A DNA stretch of 64,000 nt, from IMG/VR virus record IMGVR_UViG_3300042691_047309, positions 32,001 through 96,000 of that record. One strand, written 5' to 3'. The position numbers and the translations under genes were made by a program. The stretch comes from a virus. The notes under the pieces were generated by a model. The model made no database searches, was not told the DNA's origin, and worked only from the letters and a program-made list of their open reading frames with translations. Positions 29,479-38,987 of the stretch are shown here, piece after piece; position 1 is the stretch's first letter, and every line of letters starts with the position of its first letter.

Positions 29479-30238
29479 GACATATGAGACATTTAGACCA
29501 TTAAATTATCCAATTGGTGTTTTTGATTCTGGATATGGAGGACTTACAATACTAAATCGCTTAAAAAATGACTACCCGGATTGGAATATAATTTATTTAG
29601 GAGATAATCTAACTGCACCATATGGAAATATGAGTGATTCAGAGGTTGTTTTAAACACAAAAAAGTGTTTAGATTTTCTTAACAGTAAAGGTTGTAAAAA
29701 AATAATTTTAGCCTGTAACACAGCTTCTTCAAAATCAGAATTAATTAATAATGATACTATAGATATAATTTCACCTACCAAAGAATTTATTAAAAATTCA
29801 TCATCCAATATTGGTTTAGTTGCTACTAAAAGTACTGTTAATTCTGAAGTTTATAATAGTTCTAATGTCACTCAACTTGCTTGTCCTGACTGGGTTAGAA
29901 TAGTTGAAGAAGCAAACTTTTCAAATGAGTCTGTAAATATAATTAAATCTGATTTAGAAAAATTATTTGAATTGAATTCAGAAATTGAAACTATAATTTT
30001 AGCTTGCACTCATTTTAATGTTTTAAAAAATATAATTAATAGAATAATACCAAGTATTGAAATTATTAGCCAAGATTCTCTTCTGAGTAACTATTTAAAA
30101 ACTATAAAGATGAGTCCAAGTTATGGTGGTCAAGTGGAATATTATACAACTGGTGATAGTCATGAATTCTCAACCGAAACTATGAATATATTCGGAGAAT
30201 CAATTTTAGCAAAATCAATTAGTTTAACAAATATATAA
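29465..30238 (+). CDS. murI: Glutamate racemase with N-terminal tag
   Basis: IGVFDSGYGGLT, YLGD..PYG, ACNTAS, LACTHF. Confidence 0.9.
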   Translation: MKWLKTYETFRPLNYPIGVFDSGYGGLTILNRLKNDYPDWNIIYLGDNLTAPYGNMSDSEVVLNTKKCLDFLNSKGCKKIILACNTASSKSELINNDTIDIISPTKEFIKNSSSNIGLVATKSTVNSEVYNSSNVTQLACPDWVRIVEEANFSNESVNIIKSDLEKLFELNSEIETIILACTHFNVLKNIINRIIPSIEIISQDSLLSNYLKTIKMSPSYGGQVEYYTTGDSHEFSTETMNIFGESILAKSISLTNI

Positions 30239-30241
30239 GTT

Positions 30242-31012
30242 ATGAGATATTTGAAGAAATATAAAGTATTTGAAAATTATAATAAATTTGGAACTAAAAC
30301 TCTAACTGAAGTAGAGTTTGACCAAATCAGAAAAGAAAATTGTAAAAACTGGACTAAAGTTGAAACTGAACTTTATAGAGGTATGCCTGATTTAGGAGAC
30401 TATTTGATTGTGGATCCCCTAAAAGGTGACTTCAGAAGTTCAATTGAAAATACTAACATTCACTTAGACTTACTTTCAAATTTACCAAGTTGGAAAGATT
30501 ATCCTAAATATGAAAGATGTGTAATAGGAGGAACTCGTGGATCAGCGACTGGTACTTATGGAGAAACTGTCTATGAAATGATACCATTTGACGGTGTTAA
30601 AATAGCAGTTTGTCCAGAATCAACCATCTGGGAATCATTCGGGAATGATGATGATGAATTTGGTGGTGATATTAATTTAGTTGATGGATTCTTATATATA
30701 TATCCTATAGTTTCAGCTCCAGGTGAAACACTAGAAGAGAGATTAAAATCTTTAGGAAAAATTGTCGAAATACCTCATATAGATGGATATCCAGGTGTTA
30801 ATGAATTTCTAATGAGACATGCCGAATTTAGTTGGAAAAAACCAAATGAAATTACTGGTGAAGATTGTTTTAATTTTATTAACAACAGTCTTTTTAATCC
30901 AAAAGTTAGAGGTTTTCAATTATTAAACTATGACCAAAATTTCAAAACTCAAACTGGAAAACAAATTTGGACTGAAGGACCAGTTTTACTTATCAAATCA
31001 CATTTAGTTTAG
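30242..31012 (+). CDS. N-tagged protein, paralogue of 28313..29179
   Basis: MRYLKKYKVFEN; LYRGM, SNLPSWKDYP, IPFDGVKIA, IWTEG. Confidence 0.65.
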   Translation: MRYLKKYKVFENYNKFGTKTLTEVEFDQIRKENCKNWTKVETELYRGMPDLGDYLIVDPLKGDFRSSIENTNIHLDLLSNLPSWKDYPKYERCVIGGTRGSATGTYGETVYEMIPFDGVKIAVCPESTIWESFGNDDDEFGGDINLVDGFLYIYPIVSAPGETLEERLKSLGKIVEIPHIDGYPGVNEFLMRHAEFSWKKPNEITGEDCFNFINNSLFNPKVRGFQLLNYDQNFKTQTGKQIWTEGPVLLIKSHLV

Positions 31013-31293
31013 AAACTTCTAAAGTCTTTTACACCTCCAATATTCATTAACTTAGGTGCCATATTTTTAATTCCAGATTGTGGTGAAATAGAAGTTATAT
31101 TTTTAAAATCAATTTTATCATACATTAAATCAGGATTTTCTGTAAAATAGTTTGTTAAAAAATCCATATTTTCTTCTTCAGATTTATCTTTATCCCATAA
31201 ATGAAGTAATCTAGTTTTATTCTTTTCAATAAAATCTACAACATCTTTATTTAAAATAGGATTCCAATTTTCAAATTTTTTTAAAAATTTCAT
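31009..31293 (-). CDS. Hypothetical N-tagged protein
   Basis: MKFLKKFEN; TTTATATATA upstream. Confidence 0.65.
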   Translation of the reverse strand: MKFLKKFENWNPILNKDVVDFIEKNKTRLLHLWDKDKSEEENMDFLTNYFTENPDLMYDKIDFKNITSISPQSGIKNMAPKLMNIGGVKDFRSF

Positions 31294-31340
31294 AATGTAT
31301 ATATAAACTTTTTTGAATAGAATTGTATAAAATAAGTGTT

Positions 31341-31392
31341 TGTCATTAAGACTGTCATTCTGTCAGTAAAAAACTAATGGCACACCATTTGA
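31341..31392 (+). promoter_or_regulatory. Sigma54-like promoter with three TGTCA boxes upstream of dnaK
   Basis: TGTCA at 31341, 31353, 31361; TGGCAC-N5-TTGA at 31378-31392. Confidence 0.45.
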
Positions 31393-31420
31393 CAAAGTAT
31401 AACTAAAAAATAAATAAAAT

Positions 31421-33304
31421 ATGGCAAAAGATGTAATTATAGGAATTGACTTAGGCACAACTAACTCTTGTGTTGCTGTGGTAGAAGGTGGAGAACCAAT
31501 CGTTATCACAAACGCTGAGGGTAAAAGAACAACACCATCAGTGGTTGGTTTTACCGACAAAGACAGAAAGATTGGTGATCCTGCTAAAAGACAAGCAGTA
31601 ACTAATCCAAACAAAACCGTTTATTCTATCAAAAGATTTATCGGTAAAGATTTTTCAGTTTGTAAGGATGAGGTAACTCGTGTTCCTTATGAAGTTACTA
31701 ACACTGGAACTAATGTTCCTGGTGTGAAAATCGATGATAGAGTTTATACTCCACAAGAAATTTCAGCAATGATCCTTCAGAAGATGAAAAAAACTGCTGA
31801 AGACTATTTAGGTTATGAAGTAAAAAGAGCAGTTATCACTGTCCCGGCTTACTTTGGAGATGCTGAAAGAACCGCTACTATTGAAGCTGGTGAAATCGCT
31901 GGTCTAAAAGTAGAGAGAATTATCAACGAACCAACAGCTGCGGCACTGGCTTATGGTTTAGATAAGAAAAACACAGACTCTAAAATCTTAGTATTTGACT
32001 GTGGTGGTGGAACTCATGACGTATCTGTTCTTGAAATCGGTGATGGCGTATTTGAAGTAAAATCTACCGATGGTGATACTCACTTAGGTGGTGACGACTT
32101 TGATAACGCAATTATCGAGTGGATGGTTAATGAATTTAAATCAGATAATTCAATTGACCTATCTAAAGACCCTATGGCTCTCCAGAGATTGAAAGAAGCA
32201 GCTGAGAAAGCAAAGATTGAATTATCTTCTACTTCTCAGTCTGAAATCAATCTACCTTACATTACTGCAAGAGATAACATGCCACTTCACTTTGTTAAGT
32301 CTTTAACAAAATCTCAGTTTGACCAAATGACCGCATCTTTGGTTGATAGAGCTGTGAAGTGTGCAAAAAGTGCCCTTAAAAATGCTGGTCTTAAACCATC
32401 TGACATTGATGAAGTAATCTTAGTCGGTGGTTCAACAAGAATTCCAGCAGTTCAGGAGGCAGTAGAAAAGTTCATTGGTAAGAAACCAAACAAATCAGTT
32501 AATCCTGATGAAGTAGTTGCTTTAGGAGCCGCTATTCAAGGAGCTGTTTTAAGTGGTGGAATTACTGATGTTCTTCTTTTAGATGTAACTCCTCTTTCAC
32601 TTGGTATTGAAACAATGGGTTCAGTTATGACTAAGTTAATCGAAGCTAATACAACAATTCCGACCCGTAAGTCAGAAACGTTCTCAACAGCTTCTGATAA
32701 TCAACCGTCTGTTGAAATTCACGTTTTACAAGGTGAAAGACCGATGGCTCGTGATAACCGCTCACTTGGTCGTTTTCACTTAGATGGAATCATGCCAGCT
32801 CCGAGAGGTATCCCTCAAGTTGAAGTAACATTAGACATTGATGCCAACGGTATACTTTCAGTTTCAGCTAAAGATAAAGCTACTGGTAAAGAAAATCAGA
32901 TTCGTATTGAAGGTGGTTCTCAATTATCTAAAGAAGAAATTGAAAGAATGAAAGCAGAGGCTGAAGCAAATGCTGAGGCTGATGCTAAAGAAAGAGAAAT
33001 GGTTGATAAGCTAAATGCAGCAGACTCAATGATTTTCCAAACGGAAAAACAAATTAAAGAGTTTGATGAGAAATTATCAGCTGAAGATAAGACAACTTTA
33101 AATGAGAAGTTGGCTAACTTGAAATCAGCTCATTCTGAGAAGAACTTAGAAAAGATTGACGAATCTACAGCTAGTTTAAACGAAGCTTGGTCTCAAATTT
33201 CTACTAAGTTATATCAGCAGTCACAGGAAGCCCCAACCAATTCAGATAACAATTCTGATCCTAGCGATGAAGTTCAGGATGCGGATTTTGAAGAAGTTCC
33301 TTAA
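31421..33304 (+). CDS. dnaK: Chaperone DnaK (Hsp70)
   Basis: [46 protein letters not shown]. Confidence 0.98.
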   Translation: MAKDVIIGIDLGTTNSCVAVVEGGEPIVITNAEGKRTTPSVVGFTDKDRKIGDPAKRQAVTNPNKTVYSIKRFIGKDFSVCKDEVTRVPYEVTNTGTNVPGVKIDDRVYTPQEISAMILQKMKKTAEDYLGYEVKRAVITVPAYFGDAERTATIEAGEIAGLKVERIINEPTAAALAYGLDKKNTDSKILVFDCGGGTHDVSVLEIGDGVFEVKSTDGDTHLGGDDFDNAIIEWMVNEFKSDNSIDLSKDPMALQRLKEAAEKAKIELSSTSQSEINLPYITARDNMPLHFVKSLTKSQFDQMTASLVDRAVKCAKSALKNAGLKPSDIDEVILVGGSTRIPAVQEAVEKFIGKKPNKSVNPDEVVALGAAIQGAVLSGGITDVLLLDVTPLSLGIETMGSVMTKLIEANTTIPTRKSETFSTASDNQPSVEIHVLQGERPMARDNRSLGRFHLDGIMPAPRGIPQVEVTLDIDANGILSVSAKDKATGKENQIRIEGGSQLSKEEIERMKAEAEANAEADAKEREMVDKLNAADSMIFQTEKQIKEFDEKLSAEDKTTLNEKLANLKSAHSEKNLEKIDESTASLNEAWSQISTKLYQQSQEAPTNSDNNSDPSDEVQDADFEEVP

Positions 33305-33309
33305 AAATT

Positions 33310-33337
33310 AAAAGGGTCTCAATTGAGACCCTTTTTT
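33310..33337 (+). terminator. Intrinsic terminator after dnaK
   Basis: AAAAGGGTCTC-aatt-GAGACCCTTTT. Confidence 0.8.
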
Positions 33338-34170
33338 ATTTCATCAATTATTTGATAATTTTTATCAATTATAAATGTGAATTCATATCCTTCATTTAAA
33401 CAAGTTTTCATTTTTACTAAATTTAAATCAATATATCTTTCATAATAGTATTTTGACTTTATCTCACAAATTAAATTATAATAAGGTAGGTAAAAGTCTG
33501 AGTGATACGTTCTATTTTTATTTTTATGATTATATTTTATAGATGGTCCATTTTCTATTAAAATATTATTTCTTTCACAATAAAGTATAAAATCTAACTC
33601 ATAACTACCTCGGTAGTAAAGATTATTGTGTTTTTTTAATTTATACCCAGATGTTTGTTGTTTATTGAAAAATTCTGACTTATGTTGAGAGTTTTCAACC
33701 CCATATTTGGAAATCATAGTTTCTTTTGCTTTACTTCTATTATTGTAACTCGCACTTCCATACTTTAGATATTTTGTATTTTTAACTTTTGATTGTGATA
33801 TTTTTGATATGTTATCAATTCCATATTTAGACTCTAACGTCGATATCCTTTTTAATTTAACATCTTCTAAAGATAAAGTGTGTTCGGTTCCATATTTTGA
33901 TAGATTTAATTTTTTTACTTTCTCATATGAACAATTTGAACAATAATAATTGCCATCAAAACTGATACACCTATTATAAATATAATATTTTAGATTTTTC
34001 TCATTAAAACAAATATCACATATAACCGAAACAACACTATGAGATCCTTTTGCTAAATCTTCTATTTTGACTTCAATTATTTCATTAACTTTACAATCAT
34101 ATCCCAAGTCTCTATATCTTTCAATATGATTACCTATCATTTTGACTTTAACACTTTTTGTTGTAATCAT
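33319..34170 (-). CDS. Putative homing endonuclease (CxxC Zn ribbon, KYG repeats, PD-(D/E)xK C-terminus)
   Basis: CDIC/CSNC; repeated SKYG; YRGSYE..YHSDFYL..EIKS. Confidence 0.7.
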   Translation of the reverse strand: MITTKSVKVKMIGNHIERYRDLGYDCKVNEIIEVKIEDLAKGSHSVVSVICDICFNEKNLKYYIYNRCISFDGNYYCSNCSYEKVKKLNLSKYGTEHTLSLEDVKLKRISTLESKYGIDNISKISQSKVKNTKYLKYGSASYNNRSKAKETMISKYGVENSQHKSEFFNKQQTSGYKLKKHNNLYYRGSYELDFILYCERNNILIENGPSIKYNHKNKNRTYHSDFYLPYYNLICEIKSKYYYERYIDLNLVKMKTCLNEGYEFTFIIDKNYQIIDEIKKGLN

Positions 34171-34215
34171 AAACTTATTATAATTTTTACTATATATATT
34201 AAAAATAAAATACCT

Positions 34216-34242
34216 ATTTTAGACATTTTAGACATTTTAGAC
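34216..34242 (+). repeat. Three tandem ATTTTAGAC repeats abutting the RHH gene start (candidate operator)
   Basis: ATTTTAGAC x3 then ATG. Confidence 0.75.
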
Positions 34243-34389
34243 ATGAAGAAAAGAACAACAAGAACATATACAATTGATGATGAAATCTATAAAGATTTTG
34301 AAAAAATTATCAAAGAAAAATCACTAAACAGATCTCGATTGATAGAGTCTCTTATAATAAAATTCATAAAAGAGAATGATGTTAAGTAA
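34243..34389 (+). CDS. Ribbon-helix-helix DNA-binding protein
   Basis: MKKRTTRTYTIDDEIYKDFEKIIKEKSLNRSRLIESLIIKFI; start reassigned. Confidence 0.65.
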   Translation: MKKRTTRTYTIDDEIYKDFEKIIKEKSLNRSRLIESLIIKFIKENDVK

Positions 34390-34401
34390 TATCTACTTTT
34401 A

Positions 34402-34484
34402 GGTCGTAAGTCAGGAAAAGGAACGGAGACGAGTATGATTAAGTTGCATATAGTGAAAGATAGCCTGATGTTTTGACCCCGTTC
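34402..34484 (+). ncRNA. Candidate pseudoknotted ncRNA
   Basis: GC-enriched intergenic; GGTC/GACC and TCAGG/CCTGA stem, loop GAACGG complementary to downstream CCGTTC. Confidence 0.35.
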
Positions 34485-34504
34485 AAGTTAAGGATATGAA
34501 AAAC

Positions 34505-34534
34505 AAAAAACCCAGTCTAAGACTGGGTTTTTTT
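34505..34534. terminator. Bidirectional intrinsic terminator
   Basis: A6-CCCAGTC-taa-GACTGGG-T7. Confidence 0.85.
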
Positions 34535-34766
34535 ATTTTATTGAATCTAAAAATTTATCATAGTCAAATTTTATATCTTCTCTTTTAAATTGAGAAATCA
34601 TATCTTTTGCTATTTCCATTCTATTTTCTTTATCTTTTACTTTTTTAAGTATATCTATAATACCAGAAACCATTTGGTAGTCATTACCTTTTAACTCTGA
34701 TTTTATTTCCTTTTTTGATTCTGTTATGTTACTAAATTTTCTCATTCTAATTATTTTATTGTTCAT
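34533..34766 (-). CDS. Small hypothetical N-tagged protein
   Basis: MNNKIIRMRKFSNITES; start uncertain (34766 or 34745). Confidence 0.55.
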   Translation of the reverse strand: MNNKIIRMRKFSNITESKKEIKSELKGNDYQMVSGIIDILKKVKDKENRMEIAKDMISQFKREDIKFDYDKFLDSIK

Positions 34767-35238
34767 CCATTCCTCTTGGAAATTCATCCGGGTCTTCTAC
34801 TTCCATATTTCTATCGTAAGGATTATCATCATTGTCCTGAATAGTATCATTGTGTTGAATATGACAAGAAATCTGAAATTGACTTTGATCATTAAAGTTG
34901 AATTCAATCTCATAACCAACTGTGTATTCCATACTATTCAAAGTTTCTTTAGCCGATTGTAAGGCATCTAAAACCTTACTTATATCTACTTTCATAGGTT
35001 CTAAATTAGAGACACCATAAGCATAATCATTTTCAATATAGTCATATTTACTATTAGCGGTTTTCTTTAAATCAATAAAATACTTAGCGCCTTTATCTTT
35101 ACTAGCTCGGTATCCATCAATAAATGTAAGTGTGAAATCCATATCAATTAAATCAATAAAAATATCATTGATAGTTTTCTCATCAATATATTCATTACTT
35201 TCTTTAATGAATTCTTGGTATGTCTTTTTTATCTTCAT
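34756..35238 (-). CDS. Hypothetical N-tagged protein
   Basis: MKIKKTYQEFIKES, closest match to the T4 internal-protein CTS. Confidence 0.7.
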   Translation of the reverse strand: MKIKKTYQEFIKESNEYIDEKTINDIFIDLIDMDFTLTFIDGYRASKDKGAKYFIDLKKTANSKYDYIENDYAYGVSNLEPMKVDISKVLDALQSAKETLNSMEYTVGYEIEFNFNDQSQFQISCHIQHNDTIQDNDDNPYDRNMEVEDPDEFPRGMDEQ

Positions 35239-35240
35239 AA

Positions 35241-36482
35241 TTAATAATCACTATACCATTCACCTTCAGTTGAGCGAAGGACTCTCATAGAACCGTCTTC
35301 ATCATCCTGTGTGTTTCTTAATTCATTAGAACCTGTATAACAAAAACACATAGTATCAACATAAGGATAATATTCACAATCAGAGTTATCGACTTTTACA
35401 ATAATTTCAGGCCTTGAAATAAGTGTCCCGTTTGTAATGTTTTCTCTTGGTGACATGGATTGAGAGTCTTTATAAAACCAACCATTCTTTTGAGCAAATT
35501 GTTTAAATAAATCTACATCAGAATCATAAGTAGTATAGATTCTATCCATAAACATTTCTTTTTGTCCATTTATTTCAGCATCCCAAAGAATAGCTCTACC
35601 TTTAATTTTAGTTGATGTGTATTTTTCCTCTTGAACTTGTCCATTATCATCATAAAGTATTACAAGAGATACTTGTTTGTTTGAAGTGTATATCTCAAAA
35701 TAATCTGAATCAACTTCAGCCATACAAGAGTTGTTAAGTGTTCCACCACCATCAACATATTTTCCATAGTCATACCAATAGGCAATAGTACTGCCTTTAA
35801 CAATATCAAATTGTTTTAAAACGTCTGCAGCGAAATCATATGTTGCTTTCCATTGATTGGTGAATTCTTCAACATCTCTGTCTGTTACAGTAACTCCAGC
35901 GGATCTGAGCAATGGTCTTACAAGTCTTCCGATTCTAATTGGGTTACGAGATGTTTTCCAAATTCCTGAATCATCAAAATCTGCTAATGTTAGGCAATCT
36001 TTATTTAAAACAGCATGTCTTTTTTCATCTTCATCGGTAAGTTCTTCAAAAAGAACAAAAACTTTTCCAGAAGTTGGACTAACAACTTCTGATTTAATTA
36101 ATCCTTTTTGTCCATCATTAGGTGTCCAGTATTCTTTAGACTTATCATATCCTAAAGCTTCGAATAATTTATCATTTGAATCACTATGTGTTAATTGACG
36201 ACGAGTTCCAACTTTATAAACTTCTGGTCTCCCAGCTGTTAATTCTTGTACTTTTCTATCAGGTGTAAAAGAAACTTCTTCTTTATTATCAGTAATATCA
36301 ATATAATTGTGTTGAATATTAAAATCTTTTGAGTAGATATTTAACAAATCAGAGGCTATTTTATTTGTTCTCATTCTATTTAGAAGATTCAAAAACTTTT
36401 TTGAAAAAATAACTTTGGATTCTAAAAGTAACTCTTCTATCTTACTTTCAGTTAAAAAATCGGAATATTTAAAAACTTTCAT
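35241..36482 (-). CDS. N-tagged phage protein with SCM / GRAILW / MDRIY motifs
   Basis: Start reassigned to MKVFKYSDFLTES; TTAATATATA at 36488-36497. Confidence 0.65.
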   Translation of the reverse strand: MKVFKYSDFLTESKIEELLLESKVIFSKKFLNLLNRMRTNKIASDLLNIYSKDFNIQHNYIDITDNKEEVSFTPDRKVQELTAGRPEVYKVGTRRQLTHSDSNDKLFEALGYDKSKEYWTPNDGQKGLIKSEVVSPTSGKVFVLFEELTDEDEKRHAVLNKDCLTLADFDDSGIWKTSRNPIRIGRLVRPLLRSAGVTVTDRDVEEFTNQWKATYDFAADVLKQFDIVKGSTIAYWYDYGKYVDGGGTLNNSCMAEVDSDYFEIYTSNKQVSLVILYDDNGQVQEEKYTSTKIKGRAILWDAEINGQKEMFMDRIYTTYDSDVDLFKQFAQKNGWFYKDSQSMSPRENITNGTLISRPEIIVKVDNSDCEYYPYVDTMCFCYTGSNELRNTQDDEDGSMRVLRSTEGEWYSDY

Positions 36483-36557
36483 ACTTATATATATTAATTT
36501 TAAAAAATTCAAATGTTATTTTTTTAATCATAAAAAAATAAAAATATATACTTAGTT

Positions 36558-36821
36558 ATGGATGTGATATTCAATAAAGTATTAAAGAATAAGATTATTA
36601 AATTGATTAAAATCTATTCAATTGATGTGGATGAATTAGTAATTGATTTTCCTTTATCTATTGGATTCTATCATACAATAGAATACGACAAAATCACAAA
36701 TGAAATAATACTACATATGTTTGATTTTGACTTTGATTATCCATATCTTTTTGAGGATTTGTCCGAAGACGATAAATTAAGAGTCTATCAAATTTTAAAG
36801 GGAATTGAGCATCTGGATTAA
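36558..36821 (+). CDS. Hypothetical protein
   Basis: 87 aa ORF with AATATATA upstream. Confidence 0.55.
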   Translation: MDVIFNKVLKNKIIKLIKIYSIDVDELVIDFPLSIGFYHTIEYDKITNEIILHMFDFDFDYPYLFEDLSEDDKLRVYQILKGIEHLD

Positions 36822-37796
36822 CTCTACTTGTGGAAAAAGGTCAAATTTATCTTTTCTCACTTGTGTGTGTGTTCTTAGACCACCTAAACTAAACCACTTA
36901 TCATCATACTCAAACCAATCTTCATTGTAGATTCCCTTTTCTATTTCTATGTTCCATCTGTCTTTCAAATAAAGAATTAGATTTCTTGTTGAGTTTAGTT
37001 GTAAATCTGTATATCTTTCCCAATATTTATATCCCCTAAAAGGATTCGATAACTCAACCACATCTGAATCATTAATTGGTTTATTAACATAGTTATAAAA
37101 TCTGCCGTCTTTTCCTTGAGTGAGTTGTCCGTAATTACAAATTTCTATTGAAATTGACTTCGAGTTAAGTTCTTGTGACTTTTTTGTTATTCCTAAGTGA
37201 TATGCCCAATTTCTATCATCTATAGCTCTTAACACTTTACCATCCCATATTGTTTCAAATGTGGATGATGATTTTCTACCAATAACAAAATGAGTTCCGA
37301 CTTTTAAAGGCTTAGGAGTTCCATTAGTATCTAATGTAGGATTTCCATCAGAGTCTTTTTGAAAGTCCTTTTCCCAGGAACCAATAGTCCAGTCTGGTCT
37401 TGATCCACCAGCAGTGTGATGTAACCATATTGTATTTTTTTGAGTCTCTGATTCGTAGTATTCTTCTTTAGATAAAAGATTGTCAAATATTCTTAACCCA
37501 CCTTCTCCAATGTAGAAAACATTTTGAGGAATTTCAACTACGTTACTTACCGGAATTGGATCCATATTTCTTGGTTTCCCGTCATATGCCATTAGTTGGT
37601 ACCAAGTTTGTGATCCAACGACTCCATCTGCTTTTATTCCAATTTTTCTTTGAAAAGTAGTAACCGCAACAAGAGTGTTTTGACCAAAATGTCCATCGAT
37701 TTTCTCTTTTAGAAATCCAAATTCCTTCAGTTTAATTTGTAACTGTCTAACGTCATCACCTGACATCTTTAAAGTTATAACTCTTTTTAGTTTCAT
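36795..37796 (-). CDS. N-acetylmuramoyl-L-alanine amidase with peptidoglycan-binding domain (endolysin-like)
   Basis: GDDVRQLQ..DGHFG..FQ..DGVVG..TW; WLHHTAG, SISIEIC, THTQVRKDKFD. Confidence 0.85.
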   Translation of the reverse strand: MKLKRVITLKMSGDDVRQLQIKLKEFGFLKEKIDGHFGQNTLVAVTTFQRKIGIKADGVVGSQTWYQLMAYDGKPRNMDPIPVSNVVEIPQNVFYIGEGGLRIFDNLLSKEEYYESETQKNTIWLHHTAGGSRPDWTIGSWEKDFQKDSDGNPTLDTNGTPKPLKVGTHFVIGRKSSSTFETIWDGKVLRAIDDRNWAYHLGITKKSQELNSKSISIEICNYGQLTQGKDGRFYNYVNKPINDSDVVELSNPFRGYKYWERYTDLQLNSTRNLILYLKDRWNIEIEKGIYNEDWFEYDDKWFSLGGLRTHTQVRKDKFDLFPQVELIQMLNSL

Positions 37797-38311
37797 TGGT
37801 TCTCTAAATTTTTATATCTAAGTTGATTTTTTTGTTCCATATAAGCTTTTAAGTCTTCATATGTTACATTACCTGGATTTGCAAACAATTTTTGAGGATC
37901 AGCTGGTTTTTTATCTTCAATTTTCTTTAATTCATCATTCCTTTTCTTTTCATCATAAGCTTCTTCTGCTTGTTTCAAAAGATGACCAATATAGAATTCT
38001 ATTCCCTTTTCTTTAACTAAATCTCTGTCAAAAGTATTTATAAATTCTTCAAAGGTTTCACCAACATAGACACCAAAGTTATCATCTCTTACAAAATGGT
38101 CAATATAAAACTTTATATCACCGATTGATCCTTGTGCATAAATTGTTGTTTTATATTGAGAAGTGTAATAATATGAAAATCTATCTTTTTCATTTAGCAT
38201 CCTTTGACCATTCTTTTCAACTGTTGATACTAATCCTAAACTATGTCTGTAATGCCTACATTTTTTGAATTCATTACAGATTGAAGTGCTACAAACTATA
38301 TTTACTGACAT
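37793..38311 (-). CDS. Hypothetical protein resembling part of a T4-like major capsid protein
   Basis: VNIVCS...IYAQGSIGDIKFYIDHFVRDDNFGVYVG; TTAATAAATA upstream. Confidence 0.45.
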   Translation of the reverse strand: MSVNIVCSTSICNEFKKCRHYRHSLGLVSTVEKNGQRMLNEKDRFSYYYTSQYKTTIYAQGSIGDIKFYIDHFVRDDNFGVYVGETFEEFINTFDRDLVKEKGIEFYIGHLLKQAEEAYDEKKRNDELKKIEDKKPADPQKLFANPGNVTYEDLKAYMEQKNQLRYKNLENQ

Positions 38312-38344
38312 AAAACTATTTATTAAAAATCGCAGTCTCTGTTT

Positions 38345-38896
38345 CTATTCTGTTTCAATTTCAAATTCTTCTTCATCTGAACCAAACTCTTCATCTAGTT
38401 CTAATTTTAAATCAATAATAAATTCTTCGTCTAGTTTTTTAACTTCGACATTTTTAGAAATTTGACCAATAATATCAAAAGAGTTAATATCATATTTTTT
38501 GAATTTAACATAACATTTCTTTATATCGGAAATCTTAAAATCTTTTGTCGCGTCTTTAGGAAGAGCTTCTTTCAAATCGATCATAATAATTAAGGCATAT
38601 GTTGCTAACTCATCAGAAAATTTAACAGTAAGAGAATCATATAATTTAGAATATTTAGACAATTCATTACTCTCTAATCTTAATCCTAAGTCTTTAAAAC
38701 TCATTTTGGATTTGTCCTTAAAGTCTCTTTTTGCTTGTTGAGGTGTTTTTTCTTCTGTGGAATTTTCATCCGGAACCTCATAGTCAAACATCCTATCTAC
38801 ATCTCTTTTTAACTTTGTAAGAGCCATTGCGACATAATTTTCTGGAGTATCGTTTAACTCTTCGTTAATAAATTGAAAAAATTTTCTAATCTTCAT
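38345..38896 (-). CDS. Hypothetical N-tagged protein
   Basis: Start reassigned to MKIRKFFQFINEE. Confidence 0.65.
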   Translation of the reverse strand: MKIRKFFQFINEELNDTPENYVAMALTKLKRDVDRMFDYEVPDENSTEEKTPQQAKRDFKDKSKMSFKDLGLRLESNELSKYSKLYDSLTVKFSDELATYALIIMIDLKEALPKDATKDFKISDIKKCYVKFKKYDINSFDIIGQISKNVEVKKLDEEFIIDLKLELDEEFGSDEEEFEIETE

Positions 38897-38987
38897 AAAG
38901 TATATATTATTTTTCAATTTCCGTTATTTGGAAAATAGAATAAACAATATATAATTTGATAAGTATAATAAAAAAAAAGAAATTCAA

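Noticed and set aside
10331-33304. Bacterial chromosome or eukaryotic giant virus origin suggested by dnaK, dnaJ and nrdB
   Set aside because: T4-like neck, RNase H, Rnl1 and topoisomerase genes, an amidase, bacterial promoters and dense ORFan content fit a phage better
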